Shown piece by piece: positions 8,373 to 18,355 of a stretch of DNA of 64,000 nt. Numbering within the stretch: the first letter of the stretch is position 1; each line of letters begins with the position of its first letter. The notes beneath the pieces were generated by a model. The model was not told the DNA's origin. It worked only from the letters and a program-made list of their open reading frames with translations, and did not search any database. Source of the stretch: an uncultured Sangeribacter sp. (GTDB lineage Bacteria; Bacteroidota; Bacteroidia; Bacteroidales; Muribaculaceae); assembly GCA_964525115.1 (NCBI GenBank), contig CAZGGB010000006.1, positions 162 to 64,161 of the forward strand, given 5' to 3'. A program made the translations under genes and the position numbers.

Positions 8373-9863
8373 TTATCTTTTTTTCATTCTTACCACATTC
8401 TCTACATGATGTGTATGCGGGAACATATCTACAGGTTGCACATCAGTCACAATATAGTCTTTGTCCATTAATGCTAAGTCTCTTGCCTGAGTGGCTGGGT
8501 TACAGCTAACATATACTATAGTTTTGGGAGCGGCATTCAAAATTACCTTTACGACATCTTCATGCATCCCAGCGCGAGGAGGATCAATTATCATGACATC
8601 AGGCACTCCATGAGAAGCCACGAAGTCATCAGTAAGAATATCTTTCATATCCCCTGCATAAAACAGGGTATTGTCAAGGCCATTAACCTCAGAATTGAGC
8701 TTTGCATCCTCAATAGCGGCATCAACATATTCTATTCCTATCACCTTACGTGCGCCTCTGGCTACAAAATTTGCGATTGTTCCGGTGCCTGTATATAAAT
8801 CATATACAAGTGGCTTTTCGCCTAATCCGGAATGACCATATCTTTCGGCCTCCGTCTCTGTAAGCTCTCCCCTTGGCGACATTCCTGCAAACTTGCGTGC
8901 CACCTTATAGAGTTCATACGCCTGCAAGGAGTTTGTCTGATAAAATGACTTTGAATTTACCCTAAATTTGAGACCCTCCATCTCCTCCTCTATGTAGTCA
9001 GGACCAGACCAAGAAATTACTGCCTGATCAGATATGGTGTCGTTGAGTTTGAGATTTACAACATAAAGCAATGATGTGATTTCAGGGAAATTCTCTTTCA
9101 GATAGTCCATAACAAGCTTTATATTTTCAGGATTATCCTCCCCAAACTGAACGCAGAACATACATTGCCCCGTAGATGCTATGCGAATCATTAAATTACG
9201 AAGCAATCCTGTGTTTTCTTTAAGATTGTAGAAAGAAAGACCATTTTTTTCAGCGAAATCATAGATGCCATTGCGTATCTTATCGCCAAGAGATGACTGA
9301 AGATGACACTCATCAATATGAAGCACCTTATCGAATGCACCCGGAATATGGAATCCGAGAGCATTAGGGGAGTCATCAAACACTTTTCCGCTCTTAACAT
9401 CTTCCCATGTGCGCCACTTCTTATTGGAGAATGTATATTCCATTTTATTACGATATCTCCATATCTCCTTGCTTCCAAGAATGGGCGTAACTTCGGGAAC
9501 TTCAATTTTTCCAATGCGAGTCAATGCATCATAGACAGTCTGCTGTTTACATTCCAATTGCTTTTCATAAGGAATATGCTGCCATTTGCATCCTCCGCAT
9601 ATTCCAAAATGTTTACATACAGGTTCAACCCGACATTCCGACGGCTTGACAAGTTTTTCAATATGCCCTTCAGCGAAAGAGTGCTTCTTGCGATCGATCT
9701 TTATATCAGCGATATCGCCTGGGGCGCCATAAGGAATGAAAACCACAATAGCGGATTCATCATCAGGGCGCATTTTAACCCTTGCGAGAGCTTTTCCCTC
9801 AGCCGCCATAGCGGTAATCTCTACATTCTCAAGAAGTGGTAGGAATTTAGGTTTTCTTGCCAT
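8373..9863 (-). CDS. rlmD: 23S rRNA (uracil-C5)-methyltransferase
   Basis: TRAM domain, CKHFGICGGC Fe-S motif, SFYQTN, DLYTGTG, DPPRAG, YVSCNP, DMFPHTHHVE. Confidence 0.95.
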   Translation of the reverse strand: MARKPKFLPLLENVEITAMAAEGKALARVKMRPDDESAIVVFIPYGAPGDIADIKIDRKKHSFAEGHIEKLVKPSECRVEPVCKHFGICGGCKWQHIPYEKQLECKQQTVYDALTRIGKIEVPEVTPILGSKEIWRYRNKMEYTFSNKKWRTWEDVKSGKVFDDSPNALGFHIPGAFDKVLHIDECHLQSSLGDKIRNGIYDFAEKNGLSFYNLKENTGLLRNLMIRIASTGQCMFCVQFGEDNPENIKLVMDYLKENFPEITSLLYVVNLKLNDTISDQAVISWSGPDYIEEEMEGLKFRVNSKSFYQTNSLQAYELYKVARKFAGMSPRGELTETEAERYGHSGLGEKPLVYDLYTGTGTIANFVARGARKVIGIEYVDAAIEDAKLNSEVNGLDNTLFYAGDMKDILTDDFVASHGVPDVMIIDPPRAGMHEDVVKVILNAAPKTIVYVSCNPATQARDLALMDKDYIVTDVQPVDMFPHTHHVENVVRMKKR

Positions 9864-9879
9864 ATGTCAATCCCTTAGG

Positions 9880-11385
9880 TCATTCAATCACTATATCATA
9901 ATTTTCAAGAAAATCCATAGTCTTGGATATATAATCTTCCATCACTACGTCATCTTCTACAAAAGGCACAGCCTCACGATAGTCTTTCATCAATTTTTCA
10001 ATTACAGGAGATGACTTCAATGGCCTACGGAAATCAATGCCCTGTGCAGCATTCATCAACTCAATACCGGCAATATATTGGAGGTTAGAGATTATTTTGT
10101 GCAATTTTGTTGCAGCATTAGCACCCATAGAGACAAGGTCTTCCTGTCCGTTACTGCTGACGATTGAATCGCAGCTTGCCGGCCATGCATACATCTTATT
10201 CTGGCTCACCATAGAAGCAGCCGAATACTGTGGAATCATAAAACCACTGTTTAAGCCCGGTTTAGCCACGAGAAATTCAGGAAGTCCACGAAGTCCGAGT
10301 ATAAGCTGAGCCACCCTTCGCTCTGAGATATTTCCAAGTTCATGAAGAGCCACACCCATATAGTCGAATACGAGAGCAAGTGGCTCGCCATGGAAGTTGC
10401 CACCCGAAACCACTAAATCTTCATCGGGGAAAACTGTAGGATTGTCGGTCACTGAATTTATTTCAATATGCAACACTTCGGTCACATGGCGCATTGCATC
10501 TTTTACTGCACCGTGGACTTGAGGAATACAGCGGAAAGAATAAGGGTCTTGCACATGCTCCTTTTCCCTCGCAATGATTTCACTACCTTCGAGTATCTTT
10601 CTGAAAACTTCACCAGTCTCAATTTGCCCTTTGTGAGGACGTACTCGCTGAATACATTCCCAGAATGGTTCGATTCTCCCATCAAATGCCTCCAGACTCA
10701 TAGCCCCAAACATATCAAAGCAATTTACAAGATGCCAACCATCTATAAGAGCCTTGATACCATTAGCGCTCATAAACTGAGTACCATTGAGAAGCGCAAG
10801 CCCCTCTTTTGACTTAAGTTTGATTGGTTTCCATCCGAATCTGTCAAGAGCATCTTGACCCTTAGTCACTTTACCTTCAACCACTACGTAGCCCTCACCG
10901 ATCAATGGAAGGAAAAGATTGGCAAGCGGAGCAAGGTCGCCGGAAGCTCCAAGTGAGCCGCGATCATATACTATCGGAAGCACATCATTATTATAGAAAT
11001 CCAGAATTCTCTTGACAGTTTCAACTTGCACTCCACTAAAGCCCATCGAAAGAGCATGAGCCTTCAAGAGAAGCATCAATTTTACCACGGTCTTATCTAC
11101 CGGAGTGCCAACAGAACATGAATGACTCTTGATCAGGTTTTCCTGAAGAGTGACAAGATCAGCCGGTGCTATATGGCGATTGCAAAGCGACCCAAAACCA
11201 GTAGTCACTCCATAGATAGGCACAGTATTTTCGTCGGTTTTCGTGTCAAGAAAATCCCGGCAATGCTGTATCTTTTTTATCGCTTCTTCAGACAGTGTAA
11301 GTTTTGCACCATCCTTTAGTATTTTTTCTATCAAATCGTAGGTAAGCTGAGAACTTCCTATCGCATATTCAGTCATTTTTTCCAT
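9880..11385 (-). CDS. hutH: Histidine ammonia-lyase
   Basis: YGVTTGFG, GSLGASGDL (MIO), QDPYSFRC, SGGNFHG. Confidence 0.97.
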   Translation of the reverse strand: MEKMTEYAIGSSQLTYDLIEKILKDGAKLTLSEEAIKKIQHCRDFLDTKTDENTVPIYGVTTGFGSLCNRHIAPADLVTLQENLIKSHSCSVGTPVDKTVVKLMLLLKAHALSMGFSGVQVETVKRILDFYNNDVLPIVYDRGSLGASGDLAPLANLFLPLIGEGYVVVEGKVTKGQDALDRFGWKPIKLKSKEGLALLNGTQFMSANGIKALIDGWHLVNCFDMFGAMSLEAFDGRIEPFWECIQRVRPHKGQIETGEVFRKILEGSEIIAREKEHVQDPYSFRCIPQVHGAVKDAMRHVTEVLHIEINSVTDNPTVFPDEDLVVSGGNFHGEPLALVFDYMGVALHELGNISERRVAQLILGLRGLPEFLVAKPGLNSGFMIPQYSAASMVSQNKMYAWPASCDSIVSSNGQEDLVSMGANAATKLHKIISNLQYIAGIELMNAAQGIDFRRPLKSSPVIEKLMKDYREAVPFVEDDVVMEDYISKTMDFLENYDIVIE

Positions 11386-11393
11386 AACATTAT

Positions 11394-12644
11394 CTAAGAC
11401 TCAAATATTATATTTCCCTTAGCGATCGTAGTCTTCACACAATTCATGCCAACATAATATGGCAACATATTGATATTGCCGAAATTGAGAATTACCACAT
11501 CGCCATCTTTTCCAGGCTGGAGCGAGCCCTTTTTGTCGGCAAGACCACAAGCAGCAGCACCATTGATTGTAAGTGCAGAAATCGTCTCTTCGATTGTCAT
11601 ATTCATATATATACAAGCCAGAGCAATTGTCAGAGGTATTGAGCCGGAAAAACAACTTCCTGGATTAAGATCGGTAGCAAGGGCTACAGCACAACCGCCA
11701 TCGATCATTTTCCTTGCGGGAGCATAATTCTCTTTCAGAGCAAAAGCAGTCAACGGAAGCAATGTCGCAACTGTACCATTCTCCGCCAAAGCTTTAATTC
11801 CTGCATCACTTATATGAAGAAGATGATCGGCACTTACAGCACCAAGTTCTGCGGCAAGTTCAGCGCCTCCGAGAGGCACGATTTCATCGGCATGAAATTT
11901 CAATTTATAACCTAATGACTTAGCAGCCTTCATAAGTTTCCTTGATTCCTCAATTTCAAAGACACCCTTCTCAGTGAATATATCACAAAACTTAGCAGCC
12001 TTCCTGAACTTAGGAAGCATTTCATTAATGATAAGATCTACGTATTCAGAAGTACGCCCTTTATATTCTGTTGGAATAGCATGAGCACCTAAGAAAGTTG
12101 GAACTACATCAATTTTCTTTTTTGCAGCAAGTCTGCCTATTGCAGCAAGCATTTTTGCTTCTGTATTGTAATCAAGACCATAGCCACTCTTTGCTTCAAC
12201 CGTTGTCACACCCATACTAATCATACGGTCCATCAGCCATTCGGCATTTTCCACAAGTTCAGCAATAGTGGCTTGGCGCGTAGCATTCACAGAGTTCTGA
12301 ATGCCTCCCCCCTTTTCCATGATGCTCATGTAGGAAGCACCTTCAAGACGCATGCGGAATTCATCAGGACGGAATCCTCCGAAGACCATATGAGTGTGGG
12401 AATCGACAAATCCCGGGAGTACGACATTTCCCTTTGCATCTATTTCTTTAAATGTAGCACCTTTCCCGAAAAATGAATATAACTGGCGCAAGGGATTGGA
12501 ATTACCGACATATCGGATTATTCCATCTTTAATGAGGATTGCGCCATCTTCAATGACATTTAGCCGCTTCATTTCCTCCCCTTTAGCTGCAGCTATGCCA
12601 AGAGGAGTGACTATTGTGGCATGTTTTATATATAGATTTGACAT
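11394..12644 (-). CDS. hutI: Imidazolonepropionase
   Basis: PGFVDSHTH, EAKSGYGL, FLGAHA, HADEI, ATDLNPG. Confidence 0.96.
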   Translation of the reverse strand: MSNLYIKHATIVTPLGIAAAKGEEMKRLNVIEDGAILIKDGIIRYVGNSNPLRQLYSFFGKGATFKEIDAKGNVVLPGFVDSHTHMVFGGFRPDEFRMRLEGASYMSIMEKGGGIQNSVNATRQATIAELVENAEWLMDRMISMGVTTVEAKSGYGLDYNTEAKMLAAIGRLAAKKKIDVVPTFLGAHAIPTEYKGRTSEYVDLIINEMLPKFRKAAKFCDIFTEKGVFEIEESRKLMKAAKSLGYKLKFHADEIVPLGGAELAAELGAVSADHLLHISDAGIKALAENGTVATLLPLTAFALKENYAPARKMIDGGCAVALATDLNPGSCFSGSIPLTIALACIYMNMTIEETISALTINGAAACGLADKKGSLQPGKDGDVVILNFGNINMLPYYVGMNCVKTTIAKGNIIFES

Positions 12645-12650
12645 ATTTTT

Positions 12651-12685
12651 AATTTGGAATTATGAATTTTGAATTTATAATTGTT
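12651..12685. repeat. Degenerate heptamer tandem array (AATTnnn x5)
   Basis: aatttgg aattatg aattttg aatttat aattgtt between hutU and hutI. Confidence 0.7.
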
Positions 12686-12713
12686 GGTCCAATTAGTCTT
12701 ATTGGATATTATA

Positions 12714-14711
12714 TTAATTATTGATAATTGATCTTAGGAATTCTTCGTCAGCGATGAAAGGTTCTGTGATCATGAAGCCATTTTCAGCCTGCGAGTCGTT
12801 CCATTCCTTTACGGTTGTCATGGCATTTTCATTGCGTGCCCAGCTGCGGCGAGCTACGCCTCCCATCACATCCCAAAGCATAGCCTTGGTGAGAATTTCA
12901 TCTACTCTGTCGCTACCATCGCAAATCATGCCGAACCCACCATTTATGGATTTTCCAATACCGACTCCTCCACCATTGTGAAGAGCTACAAGACTCATGC
13001 CTCGTGCACAATTGCCAGCAAAACACTGGATAGCCATATCAGCCATAACGTTCGAGCCATCTTTTATATTTGATGTCTCGCGGAATGGAGAGTCTGTGCC
13101 GCTTACGTCATGGTGATCACGACCGAGCATTATCGGCCCTACTTCACCTTTTCGAACCATATCGTTGAACTTCAAGGCAATCTTAAGCCTGCCCATAGCA
13201 TCCTGATAAAGGATACGAGCCTGTGTGCCAACTACAAGAGCATTCTTTTCAGCATCGCGGATCCAAACCCAATTATCCATGTCCTGACCTCGACGATCTT
13301 TAGGAATGCAATCCATGGCTGCTTTGTCAGTCTTTACAAGGTCTTCATGCTTGCCACTAAGGCAAACCCAACGGAAAGGTCCATAGCCATAGTCAAAGAG
13401 CATCGGACCCATTATGTCTTCGACATATGAAGGCCAGATAAAACCATCTTTTTCATCTATACCATTCTTCGACAATTCCTTGACTCCGGCATCATACATT
13501 GCCTTCATAAATGAATTGCCATAGTCGAAGAAATATGTGCCACGGTCAACGAGAGTTTTGATAGCAGCATAATGACGATGGAGTGTCTCGTCAACAAGAC
13601 GACGGAATTCCTCAGGATTATCATGCAACAAACGAGTACGCTCTTCAAATGAGAGACCAACCGGGCAATAACCACCTTCATATACTGCATGACATGATGT
13701 CTGGTCGCTGAGAAGTTCTATTTTTTTATTCTCTTTTACAGCATATTCAAGTAGATCCACTATATTGCCATGGTATGCTATCGAAAGAGGTTTTTTCTCA
13801 GCCATTGCTTCCTCAGCAAGTTTGAAAGCCTCTTTGAGATCATCAGTGACAACCTGCACCCAGCCTTGATTTTTGCGGGTAGCTATACGAGAAGCATCCA
13901 CCTCAGCCACAATTGATACAGCCCCCGCAATATCAGCAGCCTTAGGCTGGGCACCGCTCATGCCACCAAGACCGGAACTTACGAAAAGATGACCACGTAG
14001 GTCGCCATCTTGTGGCACACCAAGTTTCATACGACCTGCATTCAAGATGGTATTGAAAGTGCCATGCACAATGCCTTGAGGTCCGATATACATCCAACCT
14101 CCTGCAGTCATCTGCCCATAGTTGGCAACTCCCATTTGCATGGCCTCATGCCAATCATGGAGGTTGTCGAACATACCCACCATCATTGCATTAGTGATGA
14201 TTACTCTTGGAGCTTCCGGACGAGAGGGGAAAAGTCCGAGAGGGTGGCCGGATTCCACTACAAGAGTTTGGTCTTCAGTAAGATTTTCAAGATATTTCTT
14301 TATAAGTCGATATTGAAGCCAGTTTTGGCAAACCTGTCCGGTCTCTCCATATGTGACAAGTTCATAAGGATAAAGTGCAATATCGAAACAAAGATTGTTG
14401 TCAATCATCACTTGGAATGCCTTGCCTGCAAGACACTTTCCCTTGTATTCATCAACCGGTTTAGCTTTCAAGTCGCCTTGTGGGCGCCAACGATAGGCAT
14501 AAATGCGACCGCGAGTGCGGAGTTCCTCAAGAAATTCGGGAGCAGCTTTTTCATGGAGCTCCTCTGGAAGATATCTGAGAGCATTCTTAAGAGCTGTAAC
14601 TGTCTTTTCCGGGGTAAGAGTGTAATGACGGTCCGGAGCTCTGCGGATACCGTCGGCAAATTTTGGATCTTCAGGCCATTCTGCCGAAAGAAGGATTCTA
14701 TTGTCAGTCAT
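12714..14711 (-). CDS. hutU: Urocanate hydratase (long, Bacteroides-type)
   Basis: PYELVTYG, GQMTAGGWMYIGPQGIVHGT, GLGGMSGAQ, SDQTSCH, GRDHHD, HNGGGVG. Confidence 0.97.
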   Translation of the reverse strand: MTDNRILLSAEWPEDPKFADGIRRAPDRHYTLTPEKTVTALKNALRYLPEELHEKAAPEFLEELRTRGRIYAYRWRPQGDLKAKPVDEYKGKCLAGKAFQVMIDNNLCFDIALYPYELVTYGETGQVCQNWLQYRLIKKYLENLTEDQTLVVESGHPLGLFPSRPEAPRVIITNAMMVGMFDNLHDWHEAMQMGVANYGQMTAGGWMYIGPQGIVHGTFNTILNAGRMKLGVPQDGDLRGHLFVSSGLGGMSGAQPKAADIAGAVSIVAEVDASRIATRKNQGWVQVVTDDLKEAFKLAEEAMAEKKPLSIAYHGNIVDLLEYAVKENKKIELLSDQTSCHAVYEGGYCPVGLSFEERTRLLHDNPEEFRRLVDETLHRHYAAIKTLVDRGTYFFDYGNSFMKAMYDAGVKELSKNGIDEKDGFIWPSYVEDIMGPMLFDYGYGPFRWVCLSGKHEDLVKTDKAAMDCIPKDRRGQDMDNWVWIRDAEKNALVVGTQARILYQDAMGRLKIALKFNDMVRKGEVGPIMLGRDHHDVSGTDSPFRETSNIKDGSNVMADMAIQCFAGNCARGMSLVALHNGGGVGIGKSINGGFGMICDGSDRVDEILTKAMLWDVMGGVARRSWARNENAMTTVKEWNDSQAENGFMITEPFIADEEFLRSIINN

Positions 14712-14770
14712 TTATCAGGTCAGTTAAATCTTGATGTCAATAAATACGCATGACTAATACATGCAAAGCA

Positions 14771-14778
14771 CAAAATTA
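14771..14778 (-). promoter_or_regulatory. -7 promoter element (hut operon)
   Basis: TAATTTTG on the minus strand. Confidence 0.65.
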
Positions 14779-15038
14779 ACGAAAAATTGCCATATATCCA
14801 TAAAAAAAACGAAAAAATCCATCAGAAATAAATAAGAAAAGTCTATGTATGTCGAAATTTACAGCTATCGAATATTTAGAGCAATCTAAAAAAGAGAAAG
14901 AATAATAGGCGAAAGAAATAGAATCAATTTTGTCTAAGCTATCCTTGTTTCTTTCTGTAAGGCACTTTTAAGGGTTCGATTGTGTGAAAATTGAATAATT
15001 TTAAACAACTTCTATTTGTAGAACTCAATAAAATTCTG

Positions 15039-15046
15039 TAATTTTG
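15039..15046 (+). promoter_or_regulatory. -7 promoter element (ftsY operon)
   Basis: TAATTTTG. Confidence 0.65.
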
Positions 15047-15070
15047 TAGTCTAAATACAATTTATTGATC

Positions 15071-16039
15071 ATGGGATTCTTCAAAAAACTTTTTTCGAAG
15101 GAAAAGAAAGAACAACTCGATTCCGGACTTGAAAAGACAAAAAAGGGAGTATGGGACAAGATTGCTCGTGCTGTAGCCGGCAAATCAAAGGTAGATGATG
15201 AAGTGCTTGACAACCTCGAGGAGGTATTCATCACTTCCGACATAGGTGTAGATACCTCTTTAAAGATCATTGAGCGTCTTGAAGAGCGAGTGGCTCGCGA
15301 TAAATATGTCAACTCTTCTGAACTAAACCAAATCCTTTGCGACGAGATTACCCAAATGCTTTCGCGTCCGGATACAGAACCGGAGCTTGGAGATTTCGAA
15401 GTAGCAGAAAGCAAAAAACCGTACGTGATAATGGTTGTGGGAGTCAATGGAGTTGGAAAGACTACCACTATTGGCAAACTGGCTCATCAATACAAAGCAG
15501 CCGGCAATAAGGTGATACTCGGAGCTGCTGACACATTCCGCGCTGCTGCCATTGAGCAACTTGATATCTGGGGCGAACGAGCCGGAGTCCCTGTAATCAA
15601 GCAAAAGATGGGAAGCGATCCAGCAGCTGTAGCATTTGATACACTCAGTAGTGCAAAAGCACAGGATGCCGACGTTGTGATCATTGACACTGCCGGACGT
15701 CTTCATAACAAGAAGGGACTTATGGATGAGCTTTCCAAGGTCAAGAAAGTTATGCAGAAAGTTGTTCCGGATGCGCCTCATGAGGTGCTTCTTGTGCTTG
15801 ATGGGAGCACCGGTCAGAATGCTTATGAGCAGGCAAAACAGTTTGTTGCGGCTACAGAAGTCAATGCCCTTGCTGTCACGAAATTGGATGGCACTGCCAA
15901 AGGAGGCGTTGTCATTGGTATAAGCGACCAATTCAACATTCCTGTCAAATACATAGGCATAGGCGAAAAAATGGAAGATCTTCAGATTTTCCATAGTGAT
16001 GAATTCGTGAAATCTCTTTTTGGAAACGCAACTAAATAA
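15071..16039 (+). CDS. ftsY: SRP receptor
   Basis: GVNGVGKTTT, DTFRAAA, DTAGR, TKLDGTAKGG. Confidence 0.97.
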   Translation: MGFFKKLFSKEKKEQLDSGLEKTKKGVWDKIARAVAGKSKVDDEVLDNLEEVFITSDIGVDTSLKIIERLEERVARDKYVNSSELNQILCDEITQMLSRPDTEPELGDFEVAESKKPYVIMVVGVNGVGKTTTIGKLAHQYKAAGNKVILGAADTFRAAAIEQLDIWGERAGVPVIKQKMGSDPAAVAFDTLSSAKAQDADVVIIDTAGRLHNKKGLMDELSKVKKVMQKVVPDAPHEVLLVLDGSTGQNAYEQAKQFVAATEVNALAVTKLDGTAKGGVVIGISDQFNIPVKYIGIGEKMEDLQIFHSDEFVKSLFGNATK

Positions 16040-16059
16040 AATAAGCCGACTCAACTTCA

Positions 16060-17364
16060 ATGAAAAAAGGACTTATTGATGTCATATCTCTCGGCTGCAG
16101 TAAAAATTTGATAGATAGCGAGCGCTTACTGCGTAGGTTGTCAGCAAAGGGATATGAAGTTCGCCACGATGCCGAGAATCCAAATGGAGAATGGGTTGTG
16201 GTCAACACATGCGGATTCATACAAGATGCAAAGGAAGAATCGATCGATCTCATTCTTCAACTTGGAAATCAAAAGAAGCATCGAAAGATTGGACACCTTG
16301 TTGTGATGGGTTGCCTTTCTCAGAGATATATGGAGGATTTGAAGGCTGAAATCCCTGAAGTAGATATTTGGTATGGAAAATACGACTGGAAAGACTTCAT
16401 CGAAAAGCTCCCTGAAAAAACGGATAACGCCTCAATACATCCAAAAGATTGGGAACGAACACTGACTACTCCCCCACATAGCACCTATCTTAAAATTTCC
16501 GAAGGTTGCAATCGCTTCTGCTCTTTTTGCGCCATACCAATCATCACAGGCAGGCATACATCAAGAGCAATAGAAGAAATATTGGATGAGGTTTGTGATC
16601 TCGTCAGCAAAGGAGTCAAAGAATTTAATGTCATTGCACAAGATCTTAGCAGTTATGGTATAGATCTTTACAATCGACACGCTCTTCCAGAACTTATCGA
16701 CAAGATTGCGAAAATAGAAGGTGTGGAATGGATTCGATTGCACTATGCCTATCCTTCTGATTTCCCCATGGAGCTTCTCGACGTGATGTCTCGCCATGAA
16801 AACGTCTGCAAATACATAGATATAGCCCTTCAGCATATTTCAGATAAAGTTCTTGATAATATGCATCGCCATATCAATGGCAAACAAACTCGCGAATTAC
16901 TGGCTGAAATGCGTCGAAAAGTGCCAGACCTTAAGATTCGTACTACCCTAATGGTGGGATATCCGGGCGAAGGAGAACAAGAGTTTGAAGAGTTGCTGGA
17001 TTTTGTCAAAGAGCAACGTTTTGAGCGCATGGGAGCTTTCGCGTATAGTGAAGAAGATGATACATGGGCTGCTAAAAATCTTGATGACAACATCTCTGAT
17101 GACGTAAAGAAAAAACGTCTTGACCAGCTTATGGAGGTGCAACAGGAAATAGCATACCAGCGAAATCTTGAGATGATTGGACAGAATGTTAGGGTTCTTG
17201 TAGATAGAATCGAAGGAGATACACGCATCGGACGCACACAGTGGGACTCTCCGGAAGTTGATCCGGAAATCTATGTGAGTGGTTCGGATGCCGAACCGGG
17301 AGATTTCATAAACGTAAAAATCACGAAGGCTGAGCCTTTTGAATTATTCGGTGAATTGGTTTAA
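16060..17364 (+). CDS. rimO: Ribosomal protein S12 methylthiotransferase
   Basis: SLGCSKN, NTCGFI, CNRFCSFC radical SAM motif, TRAM with SPEVD. Confidence 0.95.
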   Translation: MKKGLIDVISLGCSKNLIDSERLLRRLSAKGYEVRHDAENPNGEWVVVNTCGFIQDAKEESIDLILQLGNQKKHRKIGHLVVMGCLSQRYMEDLKAEIPEVDIWYGKYDWKDFIEKLPEKTDNASIHPKDWERTLTTPPHSTYLKISEGCNRFCSFCAIPIITGRHTSRAIEEILDEVCDLVSKGVKEFNVIAQDLSSYGIDLYNRHALPELIDKIAKIEGVEWIRLHYAYPSDFPMELLDVMSRHENVCKYIDIALQHISDKVLDNMHRHINGKQTRELLAEMRRKVPDLKIRTTLMVGYPGEGEQEFEELLDFVKEQRFERMGAFAYSEEDDTWAAKNLDDNISDDVKKKRLDQLMEVQQEIAYQRNLEMIGQNVRVLVDRIEGDTRIGRTQWDSPEVDPEIYVSGSDAEPGDFINVKITKAEPFELFGELV

Positions 17365-18355
17365 ATATAGACTTCCTAATACTACAGAAATCATCTGCGG
17401 AGCATCCGAATCCATCGTTAAAGGACTCGGAAATGGCTTTGTTGTAGCTCCGTTTTTGAACCCCAATAACTTCCTTCTCACCATTCCTTTTGATTTTATT
17501 CCTGAATCAAAAGATATAAAGGCAATTAATTCATATTTGCCACTTTCTACTTCAAAATCTGATTATCATCGTGAAATAAAGGCGATAAAAGATCATTTGG
17601 ATGGTAAACGCGGAAAGACTGTGGCGGCAAGAGTGATAAGGCTTGACATTTCGATTGATATAAACGCCACATTCGATTCACTATGTCAATCTTATACGGA
17701 TGCCTTCGTCTTTGCATTTTCCACATCAGAAACCGGAACTTGGATAGGAGCATCTCCGGAGCTTCTGCTTCGTAAGGATGGAGAATTCCTCTCTACTATG
17801 GCTCTTGCAGGGACTCGCCCTTGGTCTGAAAAAGAAGAAAAATGGGATGTGAAAAATTATGATGAGCAAGCTATGGTAACTGAATTCATCATAGATTCTC
17901 TTATAAGACATAGCAGCACAGTTACTACAGGAAAGACATTCACGAAAAAAGCTGGACCAATTGAGCATATATGCACTCCTATATATGCTTATATGCCTCA
18001 ATCCGATCTTGCTGATGAATATGAGGAAAGCTATAGCAACAGACTCCGACTAATTCTGACTGAACTCTCCCCTACACCGGCTTTATGCGGATCAGACCGC
18101 TCAGCATCTCTTGAATTGATAAGAAAGTATGAGAAATTCCAACGGGAAATGTATGGTGGTTTTTGTGGACCCTTTGAATTAAATCATACTACATCTTTCT
18201 ATGTGATACTTCGGGCTGCAAAATGCACTGACAGATGTCTATCTGCCTTTGTCGGTGGCGGTATAACTCCGCTATCAAATCCAGAAGATGAATGGATGGA
18301 AACTGAATTGAAATCAAAAACAATATTAAACAAACTAAAAACTTCAGAAGAATGA
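17339..18355 (+). CDS. Chorismate-binding protein (isochorismate synthase-like); start uncertain
   Basis: WIGASPELL, MALAGT, PTPALCG, YGGFCG, GGGIT..S.PEDEW.ETE.K. Confidence 0.8.
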   Translation: MNYSVNWFKYRLPNTTEIICGASESIVKGLGNGFVVAPFLNPNNFLLTIPFDFIPESKDIKAINSYLPLSTSKSDYHREIKAIKDHLDGKRGKTVAARVIRLDISIDINATFDSLCQSYTDAFVFAFSTSETGTWIGASPELLLRKDGEFLSTMALAGTRPWSEKEEKWDVKNYDEQAMVTEFIIDSLIRHSSTVTTGKTFTKKAGPIEHICTPIYAYMPQSDLADEYEESYSNRLRLILTELSPTPALCGSDRSASLELIRKYEKFQREMYGGFCGPFELNHTTSFYVILRAAKCTDRCLSAFVGGGITPLSNPEDEWMETELKSKTILNKLKTSEE

